A stretch of DNA of 64,000 nt from Raillietiella orientalis (taxonomy: Eukaryota): positions 6,262,001 through 6,326,000 of the forward strand of contig JAYWIR010000001.1 of assembly GCA_036172245.1 (NCBI GenBank), read 5' to 3'. Shown here piece by piece: positions 51,100 through 64,000 of this stretch. Within the stretch, counting starts at the first letter, position 1. Each line of letters opens with the position of its first letter. The translations under genes were made by a program, and so were the position numbers. The notes beneath the pieces are model-generated. The model saw nothing but the letters and a program-made list of their open reading frames with translations, was not told the DNA's origin and did no database searches.

Positions 51100-54000
51100 T
51101 CAGCTCTCCTCGTTCATTTCGGAATTACCCGTGACGGCCTGGGAGTGAAAGACCTCGAAACTCGGGTTCCCCAGGGTACACTTACGGCCATTGAAGTGAT
51201 GGAAGACTTCGAGAACAACCTTTCCGCCTCCTTGAATTTGCGGTTCCTCTTGTCCGCCTTACTGTTGGTGCCTTTGTTCGTGGTCAGATACCTGTCCCAG
51301 CCACGGATGATGTTGCCATACAGCTGCGTGTCCTCCAAATAACTCCCTTCGAAAGCATAAATCTGCCTTTCCAAGTTCGCTAAGTTTTCCTGGGGAAAAT
51401 TCGAGCATCACACTCTGAGCACAGAATTCAGGTTAGTGTTCCCTAACATGCAAACCGCAGTGCACGTGCACTCGGGGCCTCCTCCACCCCACCCCACCCC
51501 CTCGGCCCTTTCCTTTTACTTGGGCGGAACCATCAGGTGGGATCGAAAACAACCGCAAAATGAGGAAATCCCAGGGGAAGCACCCATTCGAAACAGTGTG
51601 TTTTCCCGTTCCACTTTCCCACACTTTTAAAAAACTGCACGTCTCGCCGAATTCTTGAGAATTCGATCAATTCCTGTCGGTGTAATGGAAAATCGCTTAA
51701 AAAACAATAAGAATCGAAAAGCCTTTGGTCCTTCTTTTGGAAAATTACTGTTGACTTGCGGGCAAAAACAAGTTTTCCACAGCATGCCAAACGAGGTACA
51801 TCTGATTCCTGAAGACCATCATTTATAATCTGCCTTTTCGTCTTTTCCAGCCCACAAGCCGGCCAGCAAACACACATATACGCATTCTCGCCTACGATTT
51901 TCTCCCAATTATTCGCAAAAAAAGACTTCACTTTCCGTTTTCATCGCTCACTCAGCACACAAATTTTTTAAATTCCAAACAAAGTGTTCACTCGTTATTA
52001 GATGACAAAACACTGAAAATTTCATGGGCTCGGAGAAAGAGCGACTTTTGCATTAGAAGAAAAACGTGCATTCCCAAAAGGGATTTACAGTCAGTTCAAG
52101 AAGGTGGGGGGCACGACTCGACACGAATTTTTTTTTATCTCACTCATAAACTTGTAAATATTTAAAAAAAAACATCTATTTCAGTACTTCAAACTGCTAT
52201 CCCATATAATGCTATTGGTAGACAACTGGGTAATCATGTCAGATCACAATCAGAATTGAAAAGCACATGTGTTGAAACAAACAAACATGCCAGAACACAT
52301 TCCATCTAATTTGGCAAATGCATGAAAATGAGTTCTAAAAATTAAAATGAAACAGACTACAATCAGTCATGAGCACAAAAATAAATGGTCTACAGATGCA
52401 TTAGTGTTTCGTGTTCAGTCTTCATAAACTACTTTACATCGGGAATCCAAAATATAAAAAAAACCCTGATCAAATTGAGTGGTCTTGATGAAGGCATCAG
52501 AAAGTCAACCCAAGTTAAAGGTTAACTTCTGCACCAACGATAGTTTTACAATCCCATGTGCATCACTGATATGACAAATTGTGAATCCATGTACCATAAC
52601 TGACTAGATGTCAATGATAACTGCTCATCACACTTTATCATGTTGTTTAACAAAAGTATACTAAGATAACATAACTTACCAAAAATCATGAAAACAGGAG
52701 GCAGACTAATTCAGAATAGCAAAAAAGAGAGACACAATCAGTAAGTCTCTTGATTCAGAATAGCAATCTCAGAAAAGCATACATAGCATACACCCTTGTT
52801 TTGTTGTGTCTGATCCTAAAGCAAAGTAAATCAAAAAGCTGAGAAAATAACTTAAAACATGTCATTAAAGGCAGTAGCTTTGTTGCACCAAAAACTCACA
52901 GAAATTAAAAGAAACCCATCTCTCTGATGACCACTTGAAAACAAGCTTTTCAAAGTCTGGACATGCGTTTGGAAAATACTATGACATACAATCACATTAA
53001 TACCTGATATGAAATGCTCTGATCAATACATATTTGAAAGTCCCACATGCATTACATAAACAATAAACTTTATAAAATGATATCTGAACAATAAATGGAT
53101 CATCCATGTTTTATGAGGGAATGAATTTTACTTGTGTCTAACTTATGATGTGCGTAAAAAATGATTAGCACTTTTGTTGGCCGATGTGCAAAAAAAAATC
53201 TTAAATGTGTCAAAAATCAAACATGAACACAATATGCATAAACATGCACATACATCGTGTACACCGAAATTTCAAGGCATCAAGTTTCAGATTATTTGCT
53301 GCTAATTGGAAAGATGGGAAAATTAACATGTTTTCGGTTCGACATTCGACATACTCAATGAAAAATGCTTCTAGTGATGCAGAAGCATCATCCATCATAA
53401 TGGCGTCATGGTGCTGGAAACTCACTTCAAGTTCATGCAACATCAGCTATAAAGCATCCAGAATGAAAAACGAACTGAAATTCACCAGATGCAATTGGAG
53501 AATCCTCCCAACACAACAAATCTTCCTTGAAAGGCGCCGGACATCCAAGAAAAATACAATCTTGTGCACAAAACAATATCACTGATGCAGTGCATGGCAG
53601 CTAAGCACACTAGAAACTACCACATAAGGTGATTCTTGTCCCTGACTTCACTTTCCATGAACTTATACCGTATACATTTTTATTTTTTTTAAACCTACCT
53701 CGCTTAAATAACTAACAACAACGCAGGTTCCACAATGCCTAAAACACTTAAAATAAACGAAGACACACACCGAAACGGTGCACCGTCTCAGTTGAGACCA
53801 ATGCAGGTGTTGTGTGTGTGTGTGTGTTGCTGATTACGAGATGCATCCTCATTCTGAATATGAATCCGGGCAGACTGTTTCCAAGGTTACACGGATGCAC
53901 ACAACATTTAGGAAGATCACACCGCTCCTCGGAGAAACACGAAAAAAAAAAAATACCTCCCGTAATGTTTGCGATTTTATGCTTCATTCGAAAAAACGCG

Positions 54001-54206
54001 AGAGGTGAGGCTTAGAAAATGGGCCACAGCTTCCCGAGCTCCGTTGCAACGTTTTTTTTTTTTTTTTTTTTTTTGAACATGCTGTACAAACCCTCTTTTA
54101 TCCAAAGCAATAATACACATACTGCCAGTTCCGTTTTCTTCTTAACTAGTTCTACCAGTTCCATTCTCGCGTCCAAAGACACCTGAATATCATTCTTCGT
54201 TGCCAT
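51100..54206 (-). CDS. MEAF6: MEAF6/Eaf6 (NuA4/MYST complex subunit), 3 exons, 108 aa
   Basis: Exons 54206-54123 (MATKND...[13 protein letters not shown]), 51389-51186 ([35 protein letters not shown]...[22 protein letters not shown]) and 51138-51100 ([12 protein letters not shown]). Both introns are GT-AG. Minus-strand AATAAA at 50973-50968. Confidence 0.92.
53210..53600 (-). pseudogene. Degenerate BTB/POZ-like coding remnant inside MEAF6 intron 1
   Basis: ISDIVL and HKIVF in two frames, then [47 protein letters not shown]. This follows the BTB pattern D-x4-F-x3-Y...LAA-x2-L-x2-LK-x2-C. By-eye match only. Confidence 0.4.
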
Positions 54207-57200
54207 GTTGTTTACGATCCAGCATTCTCAATCCTCACTTCCAGAAGCCACCCCAGCATCCCACCTCCTTCAGGTCCGGAGCATCCCGCAGGCACGTCCG
54301 CACGGGGGGCACCGTCAACCACAAAGCGGGCGGCCCGGTCGCAGCCCCGCGCACGGCGCCATCGACTGCACTGCGGCCCCCGCGCACGGCGCCAGCTCGC
54401 GCACGCGGCGCGCGCCCAGGTGCCGAAAGCCCCCCTCGGCACCGAAACGACCAGGGGGAGCGGTCCCTGCCCGGAAAGGCGCCACCGCGTCGGCTGCCTC
54501 CACCCCGTGGTGCCCGCAAACCTCCAGGAAAAGGCCTGCGAAGGGATGCCAGCAGCGACTGACGGGCGACGCGGGAAAGTCGTTTTCATGCTCAGAGGTC
54601 ACTTAAACGTCTTACGGCCGGAAAAGCGGTCAGCCCTTACGAAGGATCAAGAAAAGAATGAAGGAAAGATTTATTATTATTTCTTTTCTGTTTTTTTTTT
54701 TTTTTTACAGAGGTCCCAAGAGGCAAAGCAAGCACCAAATGGAAGAAAGAGGCCTCGGCAATTTTGCAGCAGCACTCACGTATGATAATTAAAAACCGAT
54801 GCAGTCGTGAATTTTGAACACCTTTTCGAAGAAAAGGAAAACCATTGTTCTAAGAAAGAATGGACTGGATCCGGATTATAGAATCTGCAGTTGAAAATTA
54901 AGAATTTCATATTAGAAAAATTAGAAAAAAAAAAACACTCTCATTTAGTACTATGCAAACACATAAGCTACATAAATCGAGAGTTCAACTTGCAGATTTA
55001 TCAGAGTGACGGTATGCAACATGATGACAAAAACATAACAGCGCTTAGAATGCTGAGTGTGGGAATTAAGAATACTTCCATTTCAAATGATATAGTAGTT
55101 TAAAAGTTTGAAAGGAGGAATCAAATTCTGATATTCTAGAAACGAAGGTTTGTCTTGATTGAACCTACAATAATTCACGTGCAAGTCCACTTCTGTGTAC
55201 TTATATGCTTCCGTGTACATTACAAAATTTCTAAATTCAATTAAGATATGCAATTACAGTCAACTCATAGGAAGATATGCTTCGATACTTCCAAGGCAAC
55301 AAAATGGAAATTCGAATACTGAATTGAATTTTAAAATATAAGTATTTCAGCTATGATCGCAAAATCCAAAGCATCGGATTTGTAAGCATAGATAGTGTCA
55401 TAGACAAAAATTCTACATGTGCACTAGATTAACTCATGTTGAAAACTGTAAACAAAAACATGGTTGTTTACATATATCCGTTCGAATTCTCAAGACTTTG
55501 AGACGTAGAGACAAATTGAAAAAATAATATGGAAGCAAACATATACATTAAAGAAAACTCTAGGGGTTTAAAACATGTTTTCTTATCTTCGGAATGTTTT
55601 CAGTATTTTGCATAGGTCTCAGGAGTGTTCGATCATTTTTAACAAAATTAGCAAGATTTCATAACGGAAAATTCTAAGATCATGAGAGACGATATGAGGT
55701 CTAAAGTGGAAATTCTCTCAGCAGATAGCAAATTAAATATCTATTAAAGAAAGAAAGTCTTTATAGAATAGTCTAATTGAAAAGGAAAAACCGAGCAAGA
55801 GAAGCATTTCTAGTCACTATTCTTGGAATTTTATGGATATTTCGAAAACAAATGGTTGTTTTAATAACCATCATTTTCGTTTAAACCTTTTTTGTTATAG
55901 TTTTGAGTAAAGCAGATACAGACCTGTAGAAAGAGAGACAGAAAGACTGAGCACTCAACTGCATCGGTGGCAATTGCATTTGTTGCAATGATGAAATTTC
56001 TGGAACATCCGAAGAAATATTTATAGGTGTGACTGTCGATTTTTATCCTTAACTAAAACAAAAACTGAAAATATAGAATCAAACACAATGCTTTAAACAA
56101 ATGATTCATCTGAATTTTTTCTGTTGATTCAAGCATCAAAATTTCTTCATATGCTTTTTTCCCGATAATGTACTCAAGTTTCGAAAGATTAAATCCTTAC
56201 GTTAGAAGATTCATATCATTGCAGATTAAAATGGCAGGCAAATGACACAACAAAAAACTAAGTTGTGTCATTGTAAATGTAAAGAAGTTTTATGATGGAA
56301 GCGGAATAGACAAACGATCATCCGATTTTGTTATTGATAATTCCGTTCAGAACTGCTGATTACAGAACTTTGGATTAATGAGACTTGAGACACTATAATA
56401 AGTTTCATGGAGAAATGTTGAACTTCCATAACGAGTAATTTAGGCTGAAAGTCGCATTTGCAAGCTTGGAAAGATTAGCTGAATTGTAACTAAAACTGTT
56501 GATTTTCAAATAATAATTTTGGGGGAGCGAAATGGGGAGTGTAATTTGGATGAAAATTACTACTTCACTCCAATTTCAATGTCAAATCGCATTCCATTTC
56601 TACATAATGATCAATTCTACATAATGTAACAATCTCCAATGGTATTTTATAGGAGTAATATAAGTTGGCAATCTGTTTACAGTTTTGTAATGAAAACGTA
56701 GCGAACGCAATATCAGATACAGATGGATAAAGAATTATGGACAATTATGAATGTTGGGGAAGAAGGGTTATGAACAAAATAAAGTAAATGTGTAACCGGA
56801 TATTACGTATCTGCTCGTGGATATAAGATACACTGAAAGTGGATGTCGGAGTTTGGGGATGCTCATTTGCAAATAAGGCAGTGAATGCCTTGAAATGGAT
56901 TCAAATGGGTGCTGATCGTTATAAAACATATGCAAAAGAATGTACGGTTTCTTTCATTGAAGTATTTTTGTTGTAATTTTTCCACGCGCACTGCAGTAAG
57001 TATGTTGTTTAATATTCGTATAGGTTAATCATTTTAGTGGTATTTTATCCAGCAATCGAGGCGAAAATGCAAACTACTTGATTGATGAATGAATCCGAAA
57101 ACGTACTGCCGGTTTTAGCTTTCTTGTTTATGTTGGTTTCTCGTGTGCTTCAAATGTCATCCATATAAGTTAAACATTTACCAACAAAAAAAAATTATTC

Positions 57201-57514
57201 CCTTTCACTCCTTTCTTTATTTTTTACCATCACCATCGGCTTAATAGGCAGCACAACCCAAATCATAGGATGTCTCATATTTAGATTCTCCATTACAGAT
57301 TCAATCTTTGGTTCAACGTACCTTATTGCAAAATGTTTTGTTGGATCATAAAATATGTAATTCTGAATTATTATTTAATGAGTTTAAATTATGTGATTTC
57401 TATAGGTGTTAAACGGACATTGGATAAAGCTAACATGAGACTGTGCAATTGCAGTTATTGGAAAGCAGCAATCAACAGTTTTTCAGCAACAAATTAAGTC
57501 ATCTTGTAATCACG

Positions 57515-58604
57515 ATGAATCGTATTTTGAAAGCTGTTTTGGTAGATCTTAGTGGTACTATTCACATCGAAAATGAGATAATTGAAGGAGCAAGGGAGGC
57601 TGTTCAGAGGTGTCCTTCATTATGTATTTCATATACATTACGCAAAAAAAAATTAAAAAGCTGCATGTCATGTGCGAGTTTTAGCTTTGTTAGAAAGAAA
57701 AAAAAAATTTTTTAAAAGTATTTCAGAGTAAAATATTTTTATTTATCATAACACAATTCATGCATCATATTACAGCTCATCAAATTAAATCATTTGCAAT
57801 TGAATTGTCTAGATTGTATAATTCCAATCTGAAAGTGCGTTTCCTTACAAATACTTCAAAGGAATCTAGAAAATGCCTGCATGACAGATTAAAGACCTTG
57901 GGATTTTGTATTCCTCAAGATGACATTTTTACATCATTGGTGGCAGCAAGATCCTTCATAATCCAGGAAAATCTAAGGCCACATCTTCTTCTTGAACCAG
58001 AAGCTCTGGATGATTTTGTGAACATACCAACAGAGAATCCAAATGCAGTTTTAATTGGTTTAGCACCATCTCTTTTTAATTATGAAAATATAAATCAGGT
58101 ATTCAGGTAATTTCAAACTTTTGTGAAGCAATTTGTATTGCTTTTCTATTAGATTGGTAATGGATGGTGCTAAAATAATTGGTGTCAATAAATCAAGATA
58201 TATGAAGACAAAAACAGGTCTTTCTATAGGAGCAGGTGCTTTCATTGCTGCACTTGAATTTTCCACTGGCTCTGATGCTTGTATCATTGGGAAACCTGCA
58301 GCCTCCTTTTTCAATAGTTGTCTTAGTGAATTACAATGTGCTCCAGAAGAAGTGGTCATGATAGGTGATGTAAGTAACCATTTTCGTTGATTCCATTATT
58401 TTCTGAATCTTATTGTAACTTTACTTATTCAAGGATATTAAAGATGACATTCTCAGTGCACAGCACTGTGGTATTATGGGCATGCTTGTGAAAACAGGAA
58501 AATACAGGACTGGGGATGACACTCAGTATGGCAAACCAGATTATATTTTTGATAGTTTTCCAGCTGCAGTAGACTTTCTCTTGGATATATGTAGTCGACA
58601 ATAG
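57515..58604 (+). CDS. HDHD2: HAD-superfamily hydrolase HDHD2, 4 coding exons, 258 aa
   Basis: Exons 57515-57609, 57813-58106, 58153-58369 and 58434-58604 (777 nt). Motifs LVDLSGTIH, FLTNTSKES, IIGKP, MIGDDIKDDI and LVKTGKYR. Candidate 5'UTR intron from 56996 (GTAAGT) to 57405. Confidence 0.93.
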
Positions 58605-60479
58605 ACACAATTTCTGCTGCTACTTTTGAAATACATGATGGATAACAAAATGATTATGATCACTGTTGTGTGTTTTTTGCATTTAAACCAATAATTTTTA
58701 AGTTGTCAATTGTTTTTTAAATTTTCAATGGATAGATGGGAATTTATCTGATTACACAACAGCAGGTGATCAAGCCTATGGATCTAAAAATTCACATCAA
58801 TGCATTTCATGACAAAGTTTCCTGCAGAAATTTATCAGGATGCTAACATAACTATGTACCATGTACTTGTTTTCCAAAATTACTTTCAGCCATAGATGTT
58901 TCTGGAGATTCACATGTGAATCTATTCAGTGCAGCTTTTGGATCTGTTTGGCACTTTGCCTGCCTTTATCTCAGCAGTGTAACATTATACAAAAGTCATG
59001 AATTTAGAAAAGAGGGAATCTTTGTTGTCCCCCAAAATAAATTACTTATCAATAGCCAAATGATCTTGTTGATCAGAATTGTGAGCAGTGACTTTTTATT
59101 TAACATTTGAGTTTTATCAGTTACCTCTTTTGGTATTGTCTGAGCAATTCAGTAAACAAAACAATCCACAGAACAAGTAAAGTTTCCTTAACCTGTAGAT
59201 TTGTTTGTTCTGCTGAACATGTTAATTTGGTATGAGAACATTGACCTTCAAGACCATCTTGACAGTGTTGTTAGCTCCAGCACTACAATGCACTCTTTTA
59301 TGTATAATATGAGCTTATTACAAAGAGTAAGAAAGATTCATTTAAAGGATAAATAAGTCTAGGTTTTTCTTCTAATAATATTTTTTTAGAATTATTGTAT
59401 ACTTATTCTCATTTATTGCAAAGAACTCATCTTCCTGTTTTCAATTTCCCATTAAGCAAATTGTGTCAATGCAATTCTTGATTTGTAGACACATGAAACA
59501 CTTTGTGTTTAAATATTCATTTGAGCCCATCACTTTGGCCAAACAAATGCTTAGAAAGTCCTGAATTAGGGTCTGAATTTTCATACATCCTTGATTAAAT
59601 GTTCAAATTTACAGTCACGAAGATTGGCAAATTCAAAATCATTCCTACAAAACCAAATACTAAGTACATCTACTTTCATTTCAATTACTGAGAACCTTCG
59701 ACAAAACTCACATACTGCCCCTTTACTCTAGAGATTGCCTCTTGAATCTCAACTTTTTATTGCACATACCTGTATACTTGCTAATATTTCTATAATATTT
59801 TACATAACAGTTTAAGAACCTCCCAACCTACTTTTCAAAAAACAAACGAATAAACGAGTTGTAATATAGTGACTTGACTTACTCGTAGTTTACTCATACT
59901 TTGTTAAAACTCTCATATTCGACTTTTGCAGTCATGAAGAATACATAATACGTTATAAACACATGCATGTTGGCAGGTGAATTCTTTTATGCATTTTCAC
60001 TTTGACAAAATTTTACTCTTAAATGACATTCTGTAGTCATTTTGGGATGTTTCAAATATGAAGTCTCGGCAACTCTTTCCATTCGTCACTCCAACAGCTT
60101 ACAATTTACGCGGTTGACCCTTACTGCCTCCTCGGACAGGCTGCCATGCAAAAGCGCCCCGAGGCCTGACAGGCGGATGCTGGACAAACAAACATAGTTG
60201 GTGTACATTCCAAAGCTCAGTGGGATAGTAGTTATCGGGCTGTCCTACATACACACAAGACAACTGCCTTCTACTGTATTCACGGGCATCATTATAATCC
60301 TATGTAATGTGAAATTTATGCAGCACTGAACATGGCATAAAATTCCGGTATCATTACACACAGAAAATTTAAGAACTCTTTCCCAAACTACTGCCTACCG
60401 CAGGTGCAATGTCCTCCGATGATTCCGGCAATAATTACTGAGCTTTCGGTGTTTGTGTCGTGTGAAACCCATATCTGAG

Positions 60480-61325
60480 CTACACCTGCAAAGGGCAGCC
60501 AAGAGGAGGCATAGTGGGAAGTGTCCTGCCTCATCAAAGGCAGGAAGAAACTCTTGAAGGAGTGGACATCTCGGGAATTAGCGGACGCTGCAACCCCGAG
60601 TGTCCCGCCTAAAGGACTTTTTACGCTGGGGCGAGCTACTCGGCATGCCTCCGGTGGAGGTGAAGTGGCTCTTAGCGCATTGGCACAATGGCACCCTCCT
60701 CCCCTTGGAATGGCAGTGGACGGCGCTGCATTGGGTATTCCTTCACAGTGCACGCCTTGCTGACTGGACCTGTGGGAGTGTAGATGTCAATTGTGCAGGG
60801 TGCGGGGAACCGTAAACCTTCCCCCACCTCCTTATGGAATGTGTCACCCTACACCCTACGCCATATGTGGAATCGACTATCGTCGATTCTGAACATTCCG
60901 GTGGGCGACCCAAAGGTCATTTTCCGTCGCCTCCTGATGCGGAACGTCCTGCCTGCAGCCGCGTGTGCAGCAGAGAACTGCTGCACACGCGGCTGCATCT
61001 CCATGGAGAAGGCTTGCCGATGGCCCCGGCTAAGATCTATTCGACTGGCACTTGTCCGCATCCAGACTCGGATGCAGAGGACCCCTTCCGGCGATCTGTG
61101 GTCCCTTCCCTTCCCTCTCCTCCCCGTAAAACATTACCCCCCCCCCCTCGTGTTTTTGTTTTTGTTTTCTGGTTTTCCCGCTCCCTTCGCCAGCGAAGAG
61201 GACCACACCGGCCTGAGGACCGGTAAAGACAAGTGCTCAACGACAGGCAGAGCCACGTGTTCTTCCTGAAAAAACATTCAAGACTTTATTATAAAATTTT
61301 ATTTTGTTGAAATTTTAATAATAAA
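60480..61325 (+). mobile_element. Degenerate 3' end of a non-LTR retrotransposon (L1/Tx1-type zinc-knuckle region)
   Basis: 60792-60842 reads CAGCGEP*TFPHLLMEC, the C-x2-C...ET-x2-H-x4-C motif with a stop at the E position. A frameshift follows into LRHMWNRLSSILNIP. An AT-rich tail with AATAAA lies at about 61320. Boundaries are approximate. Confidence 0.6.
60954..60997. repeat. Perfect 20-bp inverted repeat with a 4-nt loop
   Basis: tgcagccgcgtgtgcagcag-agaa-ctgctgcacacgcggctgca. Confidence 0.97.
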
Positions 61326-62976
61326 TACCCTGGCAGAGCCGGGTGAAAAACCTCCAAAGGGCAAGGACAAGTTCTACGAGAGCTGATTTTCTCGAAATTC
61401 TCCTAATTGACGAATTCCTTAACGACTGTATTAAATTTTGCTCGTGATGATGGTGATTTATACGCGATTCCTTCTGCCAAATATACAAGGTGAAACCTTG
61501 GTGCAAGCATTCATCAAAGCTGTTAACGAGGCAAGCAAAATTGTTAATGGCATCCTGCGTTACACGGGAACCCTGGAATAATACGCTGGCTGCGTATTTC
61601 CGTGAAGATGTGACGGCAGTATGCACGCGGATCGAATTTGTTTACCGAGGCAATTCCGTGGCACGACGAAGCAGCAACCCTGACGAAGCTCCCGAACGTG
61701 TCGTGGTGTCTGCACATGCGTGGCGCGCCTGATCCCCTCCCCCCCCCCCCCCAGTGTGCGGGGAAACCACTGCTGGCAAAGGATGCCGCAAGTGCTGCCC
61801 TTTTTCAACCCTGCGTGAAACCCATCCCCTGAAATTGCAACTTCGTACCACACAGCCAGGGAGCTCGGGATGGGGTGGAAGCGTTCTCTGCCTTTTTCTC
61901 ATGCACGTGCCGACGATGCACAGTTGGGTGCATGATGAACGCATCTGGGATGCTGCTCGAGGATCCAGCACTTCCGGGATCTCGTTCGTTAGAGATCCAT
62001 AAAATAAAGAATACCGACAAATATATTGGTTTCATTTTGATCACCATTTTATGCTCATCGCGGGCACCATAGTTCGATTGATGCGTTGTCGCCGTTCGCC
62101 GTTCAGTTATCAGATTTACCCGGAAATAAGTTTTGCACGCGGTTTTTCCGGGGGCATTCATTATTCAAGAATTATAAAAATACACTTAAATGTTCGTTGC
62201 TCTTAAAATAAGAATCAGGTGATTTTCATCCGCTTTTGTTTTCGAAACCCTACTGCCTAACCCTTATGTTATGGAGAAACCCGGGAGCAGGAGTTCACCT
62301 TCATTTATAAAGCTAGGCATAGTGATGCAGCAGTATCCCATTTGAAATGTTTATATGGGATCTGAAAATTTTCCTGCTTTTACAATGTTCGAATATTTCC
62401 CATTTTCTTAAGGTCCTTTTCAAGTACATACTCTGTTTCGTCCTCCTCGCAAAGTGCTGTTTCCTTTTGATTTCTGCTCTTTACGAATTTTGTTGCTCTT
62501 CCGTCGTGATGCTATCACGTCGTGTGTGGACCACCGTATCGCTCAACCCCTGCGGCTTGGTTTGAAGTCGATTCTTTCCCTGAGGCTGGCAAGCTTTTGC
62601 CCGTACCTCCGAGAATCTGAGTTCATAAGAATTTCTTAGGAAGTATAAAGAAATTATGCTCGTTAACTGTTATATCCTGAGCATTTTCTCACGAAAGTCT
62701 GGGTGACAGATGAAAGAATTTTCGTAGCTCGCGCTGGCTGCATCTCAAGGTCAAAGATGGAACAAGGAAGAAGGAAGCGAAAGAACCACAGCAGTTCAAC
62801 GCAGCCCTATGTCTCATCCATTTCAGGCTGTTGAACCGAAGACCGAAAAGTCTGATTCAATTTCCGCTGTCTCAAAAACCCCTGTGTCTTCTGTGACCTG
62901 CAGAGATCACCAGCCTTGGTTGCGATGTATCGTCCGCTGAAGAGTGAAGGAATCCAAAGGTTCCGGGACTTCGAAG

Positions 62977-63006
62977 GCGGGACCTTTCTCTAAAGAAAGG
63001 TCCCGC
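62977..63006. repeat. Perfect 13-bp hairpin with a 4-nt loop
   Basis: gcgggacctttct-ctaa-agaaaggtcccgc, extendable by 4 bp with one G-T pair. Confidence 0.95.
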
Positions 63007-64000
63007 TTTCCCCTTCTCTAAAAGATGGGAAAACGATTAAAGCCCAGCATCCAGACCTTCCGTCTCATTTCTTTCCATGTCGCGACCTCCTTCTTGCTGC
63101 TCTTTTCCTTAGGAATCGTGAGGCTGCTGCGAGCAAGCAACCACCCTGGACCGCATTTCTCCCTTGCAAAGCACACGGAAGCCATTGCCACGCGTCCCTG
63201 CGCGTGGACGCGGCCCGAACTCTGACGTGCCGGATGGACGAGCTCTCTTCAGGCGCACTTCGTGCAGGCTCCAGGACTTCCGCTTCCTCGCGTTGCCGTG
63301 CTGCGGGCGCGTCCGTTGCAGCCACCCGGCTGGGAGGAACCATGGGGTCACCCTGGGAACGGGGAAACAGAACCCCCCTCGCGAGCCTTCCGACATCGAT
63401 CTGGGGCGTTCGGGAAGCTGCTCTCCGGCGGAAGCAGGCGGTCTCCTCGCCTCTGGCCGCTGGCGCCCTGCACGACCTTTGCGCACCTACAAGTAGCGCC
63501 TGCGTCCACCCCGAGGGGAACCGACGAAAAGGCGGCATCAAGGAAGGCGAAAAGACAGCGAAGAAGAGCGAGTAGGTCGCGGGTACCGGAGGGCGTTCGG
63601 GGAAGCAAAGGTCTCAGCACATCGCCCAAGAGTGGAAGGCCCTCTGCCGCGGCCGTCGGGAGTCGCGACTTCCGCCTGAGGCTCCAAGAGGGCGCAAGTT
63701 CGAAACCCCCTGAGAGGGGTGGGCGCCGAGAATGGGGGTGAGTCGCAACTTTCGAGTTTTCGAGTCCCCCCCCTCCCTCCCCTACTCAGGGCGACGCATG
63801 GGCTTCGGGAGCGGTGCTGGTGTGATGGGCGTGGGACACCGGATGCCTCGCTGACCATCCTGAATCGGGATTCGGGCCTTCGGGATTTTACTGAGCATCA
63901 TGGAGTTGCGGACGAGTCCTCAGGGGTTCCCTTCCAGCTCCTCGCATGGAATCAACTCCCTTCCCCCCTCGAGGGACCCTCCATCGTGCTTACGCGGCTG

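Noticed and set aside
52924..53022. TGATGA...CTGA, a possible C/D snoRNA
   Set aside because: It is antisense to the host MEAF6 intron, with no terminal stem or recognisable guide
55960..56026. MKFLEHPKKYL, reminiscent of cytochrome c YLENPKKY
   Set aside because: No CxxCH motif or other flanking similarity; likely chance
1..64000. Prokaryotic systems (CRISPR arrays, operons), rRNA/tRNA genes, alternative genetic code
   Set aside because: None seen. All four genes translate with the standard code once spliceosomal introns are removed.

Overview
Eukaryotic (arthropod-like) genomic DNA. It is dominated by one + strand beta-Heavy-spectrin (karst/SPTBN5-like) gene. I traced 66 coding exons by hand (13048-42137, 11,700 nt spliced, 3899 aa): CH-CH, spectrin repeats with an internal SH3, and a PH domain. 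42 of its 65 introns are only 40-60 nt, two are GC-AG, and several have weak donors or no polypyrimidine tract. Downstream lie an intronless ZnT7/SLC30A7 (+), a compact 108-aa MEAF6/Eaf6 (-) and HDHD2 (+), followed by degenerate non-LTR retrotransposon sequence. The best leads are: an upstream mini-exon (10007-10044) that splices in frame to give beta-H-spectrin an N-terminal MQKCCKK palmitoylation-like motif; candidate recursive-splicing ratchet points; length-constrained micro-intron splicing; a sharp GC/CpG switch inside the spectrin gene; a BTB-like remnant in a MEAF6 intron; a foldback-like element; and scattered perfect hairpins. Most long ORFs in the GC-rich non-coding parts look spurious. 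All family assignments rest on recalled motifs, not database searches.
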